Assembly (NCBI GenBank): GCA_035084275.1
Contig: CM068747.1
Span: 21,948,001 to 22,012,000, forward strand
Direction of reading: 5' to 3'
DNA from: Hydrolagus colliei
Taxonomy: Eukaryota
Length of the DNA: 64,000 nt
Positions 26,227 to 38,789 of this stretch are shown here, piece after piece. The notes below the pieces were generated by a model. The model was not told the origin of the DNA and did not search any database. It saw only the letters and a list, made by a program, of their open reading frames with translations. Both the position numbers and the translations under genes were made by a program. The first letter of the stretch is position 1, and every line of letters starts with the position of its first letter.

Positions 26227-27049
26227 AAATGTATTCAAATGGGTATATGATTCTAAAATCCATACAGCATCATCATAGTGGGAAATCCTTCTCGTCTAAG
26301 GTATCATCCAGGATATAGAGACCAAACCAAAGGAGAAAATTGTTTTAGATCTTACTTGGAAACTCCTTGTTTAATTCCCATAAGATTTTGTTGGGTAGTT
26401 ATCAGGCAAAGATTGGGATCACTGGACTTTAAATCTAACTAAACCAATCTTTTGGATGAATGTACCAGATTGCAATATACAGTGTAATCTCAGGACAGCT
26501 AATTGTAAACCTCCCAGATTTTAGAGTCACTTAAATTTTAAAAGCGTAACTTGTGATTATCTGCGATCGTGAAGGAATTTAAGAGTACCTTCAATGAAAA
26601 GAAATGATGCTGCTCGGAAATAAATGGTAAAAGCTGGATGTTTTAATAAATTTCACCTTCTGTTTTACAGAATTCAGACCATGGCAATCAGAATCTTTTG
26701 AATCCTGAATCACATAAAGGTAATTTACTTTTAAAAAGATCCGATAAAGGAGGAAGTAATTAAGATTTCCAAATCCAGGAAATGCTTTTTCGAGCATAAT
26801 TAAAATAATATAATGAGGAACCAGTTGAGGACAGAACAGATGGCTTCCCTTCAGTTCATATTGATTTGGTAATCCTAAAGATTAGTGCATTATATTTTAG
26901 AATGACTTTAGATTTAAGGAATTACTTCATGGTTGAAAATATTTTATGTCCAGTTTACCAGATTCGTTATCATTTAGAGAAACTGAAAATATGCAACGAA
27001 AGAACTCTGCTAACTGGTGAGGAGCCTTCAGTAATTTTAGCCCTTTACT

Positions 27050-27326
27050 GGAGCTCAAGTCCTCGCCTCACAAGCAAGAGACCTGGGTTCGATTCCCAGC
27101 ATGTTGAGACCTGGGTTAGATTCCCAGCAGGGTGTAACCTTGGGCACGTTTGCTTAACCACATGCCTAATATTAATCCCACAAGAAGAAAAAAACAATCA
27201 CAAAATACTAACGTCAATCCATGACTGTTTGCGAGACACTGCTGCGCACAATTGGCTTCCGGGGTTCGACCACAAATATATAGTCAATTCACTTCACAGA
27301 ATATTCTGTGAAGCGCTTTGAGACAT
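27050..27326 (+). mobile_element. CmiSINE-like SINE, left part (continues at 30089-30135 after the CR1); B-box region tandemly duplicated
   Basis: GAGACCTGGGTT(C/A)GATTCCCAGCA twice; ends ...GAAGCGCTTTGAGACAT and resumes TCTAGAAGACGTGGAAAGCGCTATATCAAATGCAAG. Confidence 0.88.
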
Positions 27327-30090
27327 GGGAATGGGAGTTGAACATTCCTGGTTATAATGTATTCAGGAGGGATAGAGAAGGGAGAAAAGGGGGCGGGGTG
27401 GCAATTTTAGTTAAGGACTCAGTGACTGCCTTAGAAAGGAACGAGGTGGAAGAAGGACTAAAAACCGAATCTATCTGGTTAGAAATGAGGAATAAAAAAG
27501 GTGCAGTTACACTGTTAGGGGTATACTATAGACCACCAAATAGTGGGGAGGAGATAGACAAGCAGATCTGCAAGCGTATCACGGAGAAATGCAGAGCTAA
27601 TAGAGTAGTGATAATGGGTGACTTCAACTATCCCAACATAGACTGGCAGAATAGTAGAGTAAAGGGCAAGGAGGGAGAAGAATTCCTGAAGTGTGTGCAG
27701 GACAACTTTCTTGATCAGTATGTTTCCAGTCCAATGAGGAAAGAAGCATTGCTGGATCTAGTTTTGGGAAATGAGGTAGGGCAAGTTCAACAGGTTTCTG
27801 TAGGTGAGCATCTAGGGAATAGTGACCACAATATCGTTAGATTCAGAATAATTATGGAAAGGGATAAGGAACGATCACAGGTGAGGACACTCAACTGGAA
27901 AAGGGCTAATTTCAATGAGTTGAGGTGGGACCTAGCCAAGGTGGATTGGAAAGAAAAATTGGCAGGTAAGACAACTAACCAGTGGGCAGCGTTCAAAGAG
28001 GAGATAGTTCAGGCACAGGTCAAAAGCATCCCCACAAAGGTGAAATGTAAGGCATCCAAACCTCCCTGGATGACTAAGGAAATCGGGGCCAAAATAAAAC
28101 AAAAAAAAGAGGCTGATGATAAGTGTCAGGCTCAAAATTCAGAAGGGAACCAAGCAGAATATAGGAAGTGTAGGATAGAACTAAAAAAGGAAGTTAGAGG
28201 GGCAAAGAGACTGCATGAAAAACAATTAGTGAGTAAGATTAAGGGGAACCCTAAGGTTTTTTACCAACATATTAAGAGTAAAAGGTTGGTCAAGGATAGG
28301 GTGGGGCCAATTAGGGACCTAGGAGGAAATCTCATTGTGGAGGCAGAGGGCATGGCTGATGTACTGAATGAGTACTTCGCCTCTGTCTTCACAAAAGAAA
28401 AGGATACAGCCAATGCCATGGTATTAGAGGAGAGGGTAGGAGAAATGGATAGAATAATTATAACCAGAGAGGAAGTGCTAAAAAGGTTGACGTCGCTCAA
28501 GGTGGATAAGTCACCTGGTCCGGATGGGATGCACCCTAGGTTACTAAGTGAGGCACGGGAGCAAATAGCAGGGACTCTGGCCACGATCTTTCAATCTTCC
28601 TTGGACACAGGGGTCGTGCCAGAGGACTGGAGGATAGCTAATGTTACTCCCTTGTATAAAAAGGGGCAGAAGGACAAGCCTGGTAACTACAGACCAGTCA
28701 GTCTAACGTCGGTAGTGGGCAAACTTCTAGAGTCCATAATCAGGGACAAGGTAGATCTTCACTTAGAAAGATATAGGCTAATAAAGGACAGTCAACATGG
28801 ATTTGTTAAAGGCAAATCTTGCCTTACAAATCTGATAGAATTTTTTGATGAGGTAACGGAATGGGTGGATAATGGTAGCGCAGTTGATGTAGTTTACATG
28901 GACTTTCAAAAGGCATTTGACAAAGTGCCACATGAGAGACTTATTATGAAATTAAAGGCCCATGGCGTAAAACGGACAGTGGCAGCGTGGATCCACAACT
29001 GGCTGCGAGACAGAAAGCAGAGAGTTGTAGTGAGCGGCTGTTTTTCAGATTGGAGGGAAGTGAGCAGTGGTGTGCCACAGGGATCGGTTTTGGGACCATT
29101 GCTGTTTGTAATCTACATCAATGATCTGGACTTGGGTGTACGGAGTACAGTTTCCAAGTTTGCAGATGACACTAAGTTAGGGAGAATAGTAAATAGTGAG
29201 GAGGATAGTAGCCATCTGCAAGAGGATATAGACAAATTGGTAAAGTGGGCAGACACATGGCAGATGAAGTTTAATGCAGAGAAGTGTGAGGTGATGCATT
29301 TTGGGAGAAGAAATGAAGGGAGGCAATATAGGCTAGATAGTACAATTTTAAATGGTGTAAAGGAACAGAGAGACCTGGGGATTTGTGTTAGTGACTCGTT
29401 GAAGGTGGCAGGACAGGTAGACAAGGCTGTTAAGAAGGCATATGGGATACTAGGCTTTATAAATAGGGGTATAGAGTACAAAAGTCAGGAAGTGCTGACT
29501 AACCTCTATAAGACTTTGGTGAGGCCTCAGCTGGAATACTGTGTTCAATTCTGGTCACCACACTACAGAAAGGATGTGAAGACATTGGAAAGGGTACAAA
29601 GAAGATTTACTAGGATGGTGCCAGGATTGAGGGACTTCAGCTATGAGGAGAGGCTAGATAGGCTAGGGTTATTCTCTCTGGAGCAGAGAAGATTGAGGGG
29701 AGACCTAATAGAGGTTTATAAGATCATGAGGGGTTTCGACAGGGCAAATAGAGAAAACCTATTTCCACTCGTGGGTGAATCTGTGACTCGTGGTCACAGA
29801 TTTAAAATAGTTTCAAGGCGAAGTAGAGGGGAGCTGAGGAGAAATGTTTTCACTCAGAGAGTTGTTCGAATCTGGAATGCATTGCCTGAAAAGGTGGTGG
29901 AGGCTGATTCGATAACAACTTTTAAAAGGGAATTAGATCTTTATTTAGGGAGAACAGGTCTATTAGGCTATGGGGAGCGGGCAGGGCAGTGGGATTGAAT
30001 CGCTCTTTTCAAAGAGCCGGCACAGACTAGATGGGCCGAATGGCCTCCTTTTGTGCCGTAAAATTCTATGAATCTATGAATCTATGAATC
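27326..30090 (+). mobile_element. CR1-clade LINE, 5'-truncated within the endonuclease, intact to its 3' tail
   Basis: ORF2 plus a short 3' UTR (GATGGGCCGAATGGCCTCC) ending in the 8-mer tail (TCTATGAA)x3 at 30065-30088; it splits a SINE. Confidence 0.95.
27327..29998 (+). CDS. CR1 ORF2: partial APE endonuclease plus reverse transcriptase, about 890 aa without stops; no native start
   Basis: EN motifs GVYYRPP, MGDFNYPNIDW, LDLVL, SDHN; RT motifs KSPGPDGMHP, NYRPVSLTS, QHGFVKGKSCLTNL, YMDFQKAFDKVPH, GVPQGSVLGP, KFADDTKL; CR1 C-terminus LEYCVQFWSP, LERVQRR, RLRGDLIEVYKI, FTQRVVRIWNALP. Confidence 0.93.
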
Positions 30091-30487
30091 TAGAAGACGT
30101 GGAAAGCGCTATATCAAATGCAAGCATTAGTAGTATTAATTTCTGTTTTAGTTGTAAAAACAATGTAACTGAACTGAAAAAAGGTATGGCAAACTATATA
30201 GGATTCCTTAGACTTAGCGAAACAGGCCCAACCATTAGGGCCAACTCGTCTGTGATGGTATTTATACCCCATCCTCGTACCCTTCTCCTTCACGTGAGCA
30301 TCAGCATTCCTCAAATTCTGAGTGTGGGTGACATGAATATGGTAAAACAAAATTTGATTGCCGCACCTGCTGTCAATGATTGATATGACACACAATTCTT
30401 TGCCCTTTCCAAACAAAAAGGGTCTTCTTGTCCACGAGGATAGCGTCTCTTTATGCGCTCTTAGCTTCTATTTATTATTAAAACCGC

Positions 30488-30660
30488 AATAATAAAATTG
30501 GTCATTTCAATCCATGACTGTTTGTGGGACACTGCTGTGCGCAATTGGCTGCCGCTTTTCGCCCACAAATATACAGTCGATTCACTTTACAGTACATTCT
30601 GTGAAGTGCTTTGAGACGTTGATAAGATGTGTAACGCTATATCAAATGCAAGGATATTAT
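30488..30660 (+). mobile_element. CmiSINE-like SINE, 3' half
   Basis: Core and tail match the family. Confidence 0.85.
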
Positions 30661-31439
30661 ATCATTTCAGTCCAAATTAGGTTAATAGCTTACTCAATTC
30701 TAATTAAAAAGTGACTTTTCTGTTCCTCTGATGAACATTAATTTCCGAGACTGCCTCTAATGGAACCATTTTCTATTTCTGCTGCAACGGACAAAGCATC
30801 TACAGGAGTTATGTGCACTTCAATAATTGGATCAAGAGTGCTTATTAGTATTGCAAGAAAGAGCCACGTGTGAGTGCCTCGGTTACCATAGCAATCCATT
30901 TGTGGAGAGCATTGCAGAAAAATGACTTTTTTTGAAACGGCAAAAGGTTAAAGTTTTGTTCTCGCAGACATTTCTGCACTGGATAATATTCCCCATTAGG
31001 AAGGTTGCCATTAAACAGCGGATGCTGTCAGCATAGTACAGTATGTTGTACAGTACTCTCGTTATTGCTGTGATTCCATTTTAGTTGCACGACTTTTGCT
31101 AGTTACTGCTGTTAAACTCTTAACACACAATCTTATGTCCTAAGCCTTGTATCTTGAGTCTAACACTCCACTGGGTAGGAGAGAGGACGCATTGTATCTC
31201 AGACATACAAAGATTTCCATGTAGAGGTGGCATTTGTATGTAGATTTCTTAGTCTAGTTTGAATACCGTCATGGATGTGGATGGATTTCCACGCAGGTCA
31301 GACAGTCCAAAAGCCACTGTGTTATTTTTTATTCAGAAGTAAGAAGTATGTTTTTGCATTAAGATCATAGCACAGTTTATAGTAGTGTCACCTCCAGGTA
31401 AGAAGGTTATGAGATGATGAAGCATCACATTTAAGCTTC

Positions 31440-31725
31440 AATTCATTGCCAACGGCTGACAATCCAGTGCAGCCCTGGGGGAGCTGTCTTATTGGGAGAT
31501 GTTTGGAATGCGACATTAAACTGAGGTGAAAAGCGCTACCCAAGTCTAATTTTGTTGTTGTTATTGAGGTCCTGTCTGCTTATTGAGTGGTGGTTAAAGC
31601 TCTCAAGGCATTATTCGAAAAGAGGAGGGAGTTTCTCCTGATGCCTTGACCAACAATCCTCCAGATTAATTGATCAACTGCCTCATGATTGCTTGATGGA
31701 CAGAAAATGGCTGCTGTGTTTTCCT
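31440..31725 (+). mobile_element. SacSINE1/AmnSINE-like SINE body containing a 37-nt L2 tail insertion
   Basis: GGCTGACAATCCAGTGCAG..ACATTAAACTGAGG..CCTGTCTGC..ATTATTCGAA..GGGAGTTTCTCCTG..AAAATGGCTGCTGTGTTTTCC. Confidence 0.65.
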
Positions 31726-33989
31726 TCAAAGATAAAGCAGTGAGGCTCTCCCAAAACAACATGGCTGAGCAACGTAGCAACGCACACATCATCGCACAGC
31801 ATCCACATCTTATTACTGTAATCCGCAAATGACCAGAAAGTAAAACAAGAAAAACACAGCAATAATTGTAATTAAAGTCTAATATTGTAATGGATTTGCC
31901 TGTATTTTCGCTCAAAAATATAGTCAATTCACTTTATAGTACATTCTGTGAAGCGCTTTGAGATAGATGTCCACAAGACGTGAAATGAGCCATGTCAAAC
32001 ACAAGGATTATTATTACTACTTTACTACGGGATTGAAGATAACGGACAAAGAAGAGAACAACCTCACATGAAGGACCCGATCTGCCTTTACCAAATGAAA
32101 GACTTCATCTGCCTATTCTGAGATGCCAGGTACAGTCCATTAGTTTCTTCATACATATACTTAAATACTGTACAATGATTGATTCCTTCTACAGTGCTAG
32201 CATCAACTTTTTAAATTCTATATTTCGATTTAGAGAAAGTTGATGCTGTAGCAAGTCTGAGTTTTAATGTTGTTTGTTTGCCATGATCAATATTCAATTG
32301 ATGCAGTCTAGGATTTAAAAAAAATTCTGCATTTCACATTCCACAAATCAATGGAATTGGAGTGAATGTATTTCACTGCATTACATGTATTTAATTGTAT
32401 GCAGGAGCTTATTAAAAATGTGTTTTTTCAAAGAAAATGCACTGTGGACAATAAACAAATATCTCAACTAAATTTTCTACTGTAGCTATGAACATATTTA
32501 CTGATGAATAGATTGCAGTTTACTTTCTTATAAATCTGACACGGTTTCACCGACGTAGACTGTAAAAAGTTATAATTTGGAAAGATGAAAGTAGTTAAAA
32601 AGAGGCAGATTACAAGATTTGTCAGTGGCTTCTGGATCAGATAATTATGCTGCAATATTTATGGTTAATCCAGTATAATAGTAAATGTATTTCACAGCCA
32701 AATGTACAGTTTTAGATAAGTAATCTGTGTCTATAGGGCAATGCATCCATTTGAGTTCAGTGCTGGTACAGTACTTATTACGGTGGTTTCTAAGGTAGAC
32801 CATTACAATGAAATACAAGAGAATAATTTCACTTGTTGCACCTTTGGTGGCTTACTAGAGTGAAGGCTGAAGATTGGTTCTCAAAGGGAACTTTCCTCTC
32901 GTTATTCATTCATACTATGGTCCTCGTAAGCGTAGATGCATCCTATTCATAACATATTAACTTTACGTATATGGGTGTACCCTTGTAGGATCAAAATCAC
33001 ACAGAAATGTTATTGACAGCATAAAGCTAAAGTAATTACATTAGGGTAAACATTCATTTTCTAGGGCACCTGCCTCCAAACTCCTTATACAGATTGGTTG
33101 CATAGGCTAATTGATTAGAGAATCACTTAGTAACCTAGGTCACTGAGGTCATGCACTTTTTATTAAAAAAAAGGGGCTATTTACTGTTTGGTAAACAAGT
33201 TAATGATTCTGACAGAGAAGTCATTGTCTGAGTACTTAAGTGAGGTAACTTTTCTGGCCTGTAATTGACTGATAGGGATCTGCACCTCCTGCCAATTGTA
33301 ATTTTATCATCATCCATGCTAACTGTCGGCAACCCTATAAATATGCTGTCAACAGATGGTGGAAAGGAGCTGGACTTTCTTGGCAAAGGTAACCAAAGGA
33401 AGTATCTATGCTTCCTGGCAAGAGTGGAATGGGAGGAAAGAAATCATTCATACGGATCCTGCAATATGATGGTGGAACAGATCCCACCCTGACAGCAGAC
33501 AACACGTTTACTGCATGTTCTGGTCTGTCACTACTTTGTCGAAAACTGTGATCTCTGAAATTGCTCAAATCTCACATAGAGGCAATTGCTGGCTTGCGGA
33601 GGAACAGGTGTCTTCAAAACACAGTGTGCGGGTACCAAAGGAAGGCCCATCACATGTCAAACTCAACAACTGCGTGTTGAAATTATTTGCATGTCGATAG
33701 AAAATGGTGCGTAACTCAACTTTGAAACGCTCATACGCTGCCCAGTGTGGAGAGCTCTATATAAATGCAAGTTGTGGTTGGTGGTGTTGTTGTTAGGAAA
33801 CAAACAGAGGTTTGTGTTTCTTAAAGTTAAATCTTTAAGAAGTTAACCGTGCAGTTCTGCATGAGAGAACCTGACAAAAGGCAATCGGAAAGGTTGTCAT
33901 GTTTACTGGTCACATCGATCTGCGTGGGAAGAAATCTCCATTCACTCTCAGTTCAGCAAACTCAGCATTTTCTATGTCAAAGACTATTA

Positions 33990-34272
33990 AATAATAATAA
34001 TAATCCTTGCATTTGATATGGCGAATTTCACATCTTCTAGACGTCTCAAAGTGCTTCACATAATGTACTGTAAAGTGAATTGACTGTATATTTTGTGCGA
34101 AAAACGTAGCAATCAATTGCGCACAGCAGAGCCCCATGATCAGTCCCGGATTGAAATGACCAATTTATTATTGTTTTTTTTTTTCTTGACGGATTATTAT
34201 CAGGTGTGTGAAATAAGGAAATTTGCCCAAGTTTTTGCCCTGCCAGGAATCGAACCCAGGTCTCTCGTTTGT
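33990..34272 (-). mobile_element. CmiSINE-like SINE lacking the extreme 5' end
   Basis: Reverse complement from the B box to the tail. Confidence 0.88.
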
Positions 34273-37200
34273 CCCTAAGAAGGCTTGAATTACAGTCATT
34301 TAAATAAATAGGATCTAATCCTCAACTTTTAGGAAATACAAAGAAGAAAGGAAAAGCTGCATCTTGTCAAAATAAACATTCCCCGTTTTTAAGACTAAAA
34401 TTGCATCTTCTCTAATTCTTAAAGCGTTTATTCCACTCCACCTTTGACCGTCTTTTATTCTTTTCCCCTCCATTGATCGCTCGATTTACTTATACTTGAT
34501 TGCTCAGAAGCCTTTGACAAAAGTAGACTGTAAAATGATTTGAACACATTTACTAAATACGTGGCATCCATAGTCAGCAGTGTACCGCTAATCGTTTTCA
34601 TCACTGGGTTGATTGTTAACAGAGTCTAATAAAGGTCACGTAGGGAAAAATATATGTGTTACTTTTATTCAATAAAACAATTGCAACATTCGATTTGATA
34701 ATCATCACTGACATTGTCAGAAATCCCATTCCTGTGGATGTCTCAGCACGGGGCCGGAAGTGAACACTCCCCAATTCCATCCATTTCAGGCCTATGGTAC
34801 CCATTAAACCTGCTGCTAGGCGTATCAAGGCATTTCACGGCTGGTGCAGAGCATACTGGATTGACTGACGAAACCAAAAAAAGTGAAACTTTTAAAGTTG
34901 GTCATATTCGGTGACCCAATGTCCTTTTTCTTTACTTTTGGAATTGCATGGAGCTAAACGATGAGCTTTCTGATATTCAAGGTTACATTAAAAGTAATTC
35001 CCTCCATCTCCCTGCGTAATGTATCAAACAGTGGCTGTACATTCCTCTAACAAGGTGCTATCATGTTTATCACATGGGCTAAGAGATACCGCTTATGCAT
35101 CAGTAAACAAAACTCTAGGTGCGGCTTAAACTGAGCTCTGTATGACTTCTGGGAATCTGCTCTCAATTTGTTTAACAACGTACCCTAGCATCCTGCTTAT
35201 ATTGTTTCTTGCTGTGTAATGCTAGTTGAATATGGTGATATATTCTCAGAGCTGCTTGCCATCAATTATGCACAGTGTGGGCATCTATTCTTTTAATTAT
35301 AGTTCAGCGTGCCTTTCTTCATTGGTTTCCTCCTTATTTTATGAGACATTTTATTTACAGCTTAGCAGACGAAACAAAACAAACTGAGTTAATACCCTGA
35401 AAAGATCACATGCAAGAAAAAGCAAAATAAAACATTTATAGATAGGGCCGTGTAAACTGTCGCATCTTGTCACATAGTTTAAAATCTGAGCCAACTGTGC
35501 ATCCTAGCCCCTGACTGCGTAGGATTTAGAACATAGCAGTGTTATGTATATTTAAAAAGAGTCTTGATCTTCCTGAATGCCTGACTTCGATGTGTGGGAT
35601 GATCCATCCAAGCAGACGATGCCAGAAAAGCAATCAAAGCTAAGCCCTTGACTGAAAGAATAGGGCCAAATGGTTCTCTTTAGCGGAAGATATACATGTA
35701 CATTTGAAGGCATGCATGTTCTTGTACACATATGCACACACACACACACACAAGCCATAACTCCAAAAGATTGAAATTACCCCTTCCTCTTGGCTTGTGA
35801 GAGTTTAGCTGGGCAAACCTGTCAGGCAATGGTGAGGATTGGTTACAGCTATTGAAATGGTTTACAATCGGCCCTTTAAAATGTTAAGGAATAGAGTCAT
35901 GGCAACTAAACATCCTCTTGCTGCAATCCTACATCCCAAACACCTTCCTGCTCTCTTAGTCTTCCCTGAGTCAGAGTGAGCATTTCAGATTGGTCGAGAC
36001 CCTCGCTATAAATTATTCTGCATTGCAGAGATTTGCAAACTTAGTTCTAGATTTCCCCAATCCACTTACACCTGCTCATTCTCCATGACTACTTTGGGAG
36101 CGTATTCTGTGAAGTCAGTAACAATGAGGGTAATTATTTAAATGTGATGTTTTGAAGTTGGTACTTGCAATGTGTGTTTAAGTGGCAGAATAGCAAATCC
36201 ATTTTCACCTTTACAAATGAGAATGTAGTAATTGTGTGTTTTAAATGTGTCAGTTTTACACTTCATTATTCACCAACCCAAAGTCTAACCATTATAAGGT
36301 GCAAATTATTTAGCTGTCAGAAACTCACTAAATTCAATATTTTCCCATGCTTCTATTATTTGTGAGACAAACATGTAGTTGTGTACCCCAAATAAAAAAA
36401 CACACCCAATGATATCAACCAATGTCTCCATAGTGGGAGCAGCCTTGATACAGTCAGGAATGTAGCTGAGGAAGATGTTTCATGTTTAGAATCATTTTCA
36501 TCTCCTTCTCATTCTAGATCCAAAGTTTCTATCTCTCACTTCACTATCCTGATATGAATTTGCTCATTTCCTTTCCTGAATGTTTCAAATGAGTCTCAAA
36601 TATTGCCCTACGTTCCTATTCCATCAGTCACCAACCAAAGCAGTTGCTATAATACCTATTTTGTGTTAATGCATGCCATTGGTATCATTCTTTATTAATA
36701 ACCCAATATGAAGGGTAGGATTTGTTGTTTTAGTGTTCAGTAGTTTTTGGAGGACCTCAGTGGCTAAAATACAACAACAACACAACAAAATTATATTGAT
36801 AAAATAATCGAATGGATGTTAAAATCGTGCATATTTCTTTACATCTTCAGAATGAAAACAAGAGCATCCTATGTTATTGGTTGATTACCGCTATTCTCAC
36901 CTCTCCTCTCCTGCCCTCAAGTCCTCTGTCCAACTCTATTCACCAAATACAGATCACAACTGGCTCTGACCCAGTTCCGAGTCTGTCAAATATTCTAACT
37001 GCAACTTTAAAATGATTCATTTTTTCAGGCACAAAATTCTTGTGGCTGTCAAACATGGCAAATGCTGATAGTGTTCATCTTGCAGTTCATTTGCCCCTTT
37101 CCTAACAAAAGGATATTGTGTGAAAGGAACAATCCTCAAAGGAACGTCAATTCAGGTTCCAAATATAGAACCAAAATATTGGTTAGTGCACAAAAGAGAT

Positions 37201-38055
37201 ACCGTGCAATGTCTAATTTCTTTACTCTTCAATTTCCCGTGAGCAAAGAACATTTTGCTACTTCTTACTACATTCTGGCAATTTTGAATTTTTACTTACA
37301 ATCTAAACATTTTAGGCTTGTGCTTGCTGTTCAATTCGCAGAAACAGTTTCTTGCATTAATTCTGCATCTCAGTCAGTGTCACTCCCTGAAGTTGCTGGA
37401 TGATGTGTTAACAGGAGCAGATTCCCCACAGACGAGCTATCCCTATTCTCCTCATTAAACACCATTCTGTGACATATGCTATCCATTTAACCACCATTTC
37501 CATGTTTTTTTATAGTAACTGTGGGTCGCAAGTGCATCAACCCCAACTGAACAGGGAAAACCTAGCATTTACTCTTTGTGCCGGGGCTTTTAAATACGAG
37601 AGCTATATTATTGTAACTCAGAATAATTATACAATAGACTCCATCCTGCCACTACATCACTAATTTTTTGATGCATCGTCCATGTGTGTGTGTGTGCACT
37701 GAGGAGAAGCAGTTATCATCTGTGCTGCAATATTAATGCAGTTTATTGGCGAAATGTATCATTTCAAGGTTATAATAATGGTGATAGTGGCACCCCAACA
37801 CAACTCGTATCACGATTTCTACCACGATGTGACATGGGTTTAATGGTTTTGTGCATTCATCAAAACATTTATGTTTGAAATAGTGGGAAGTAAACTGCCA
37901 AATTTATGAACAGGATTAGACATTCCCGTATAAATGAACAGGATGAGATTTTTCCAAACATTAGTGCATTCTGCAGCCATGCTTTGACTGCATCTACATT
38001 AAGATGCATAAAAAATATTAATCACAGGTGATTCAAATGATTCATTTTGGATCTA

Positions 38056-38343
38056 CAGTAAAACCTGGATAATCGGAGTTTATCGAACCTACCCTAGAAA
38101 TGGCTGGGGAAGCCCTGCCCCATACACCACAGGTGCTGTAAACACAGCACTGAAGCCAAACAATGCTCGAGCTCCACCCACAGCGCTAGATGACACAGCG
38201 GCCACAACGGGAACTACAGCTGTTCTGAACGTCGGGAAATTTGCCGACATCGGAAAACAATGTGATACTGTTTGTATTTTGAAACCTTGCCGATTTTAGG
38301 GAGTTGCCGGCTTTCGGAATGTCGGATTATCGAGGTTTTACTG
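38056..38343. mobile_element. Tc1/mariner (Tigger/pogo-like) MITE, 288 bp
   Basis: TIRs CAGTAAAACCTGGATAATCGGA / TCGGATTATCGAGGTTTTACTG, with TA on both sides (38054-55 and 38344-45). Confidence 0.88.
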
Positions 38344-38519
38344 TACTCTTTTCCCATGGGTGCACAGTTTGTGTATATTGCTCACGTCTCTGTGTCAGTG
38401 TCACAGTGTTTCTCATGCCATGACTTTCAGATAGAATATTTGAAAAATTGGAAACGGCACCCAACACATTGAGAACACCTGCAGCCTCATTTAACACGTG
38501 AAACTTGTTAATTTCATTA

Positions 38520-38789
<270 letters not shown>

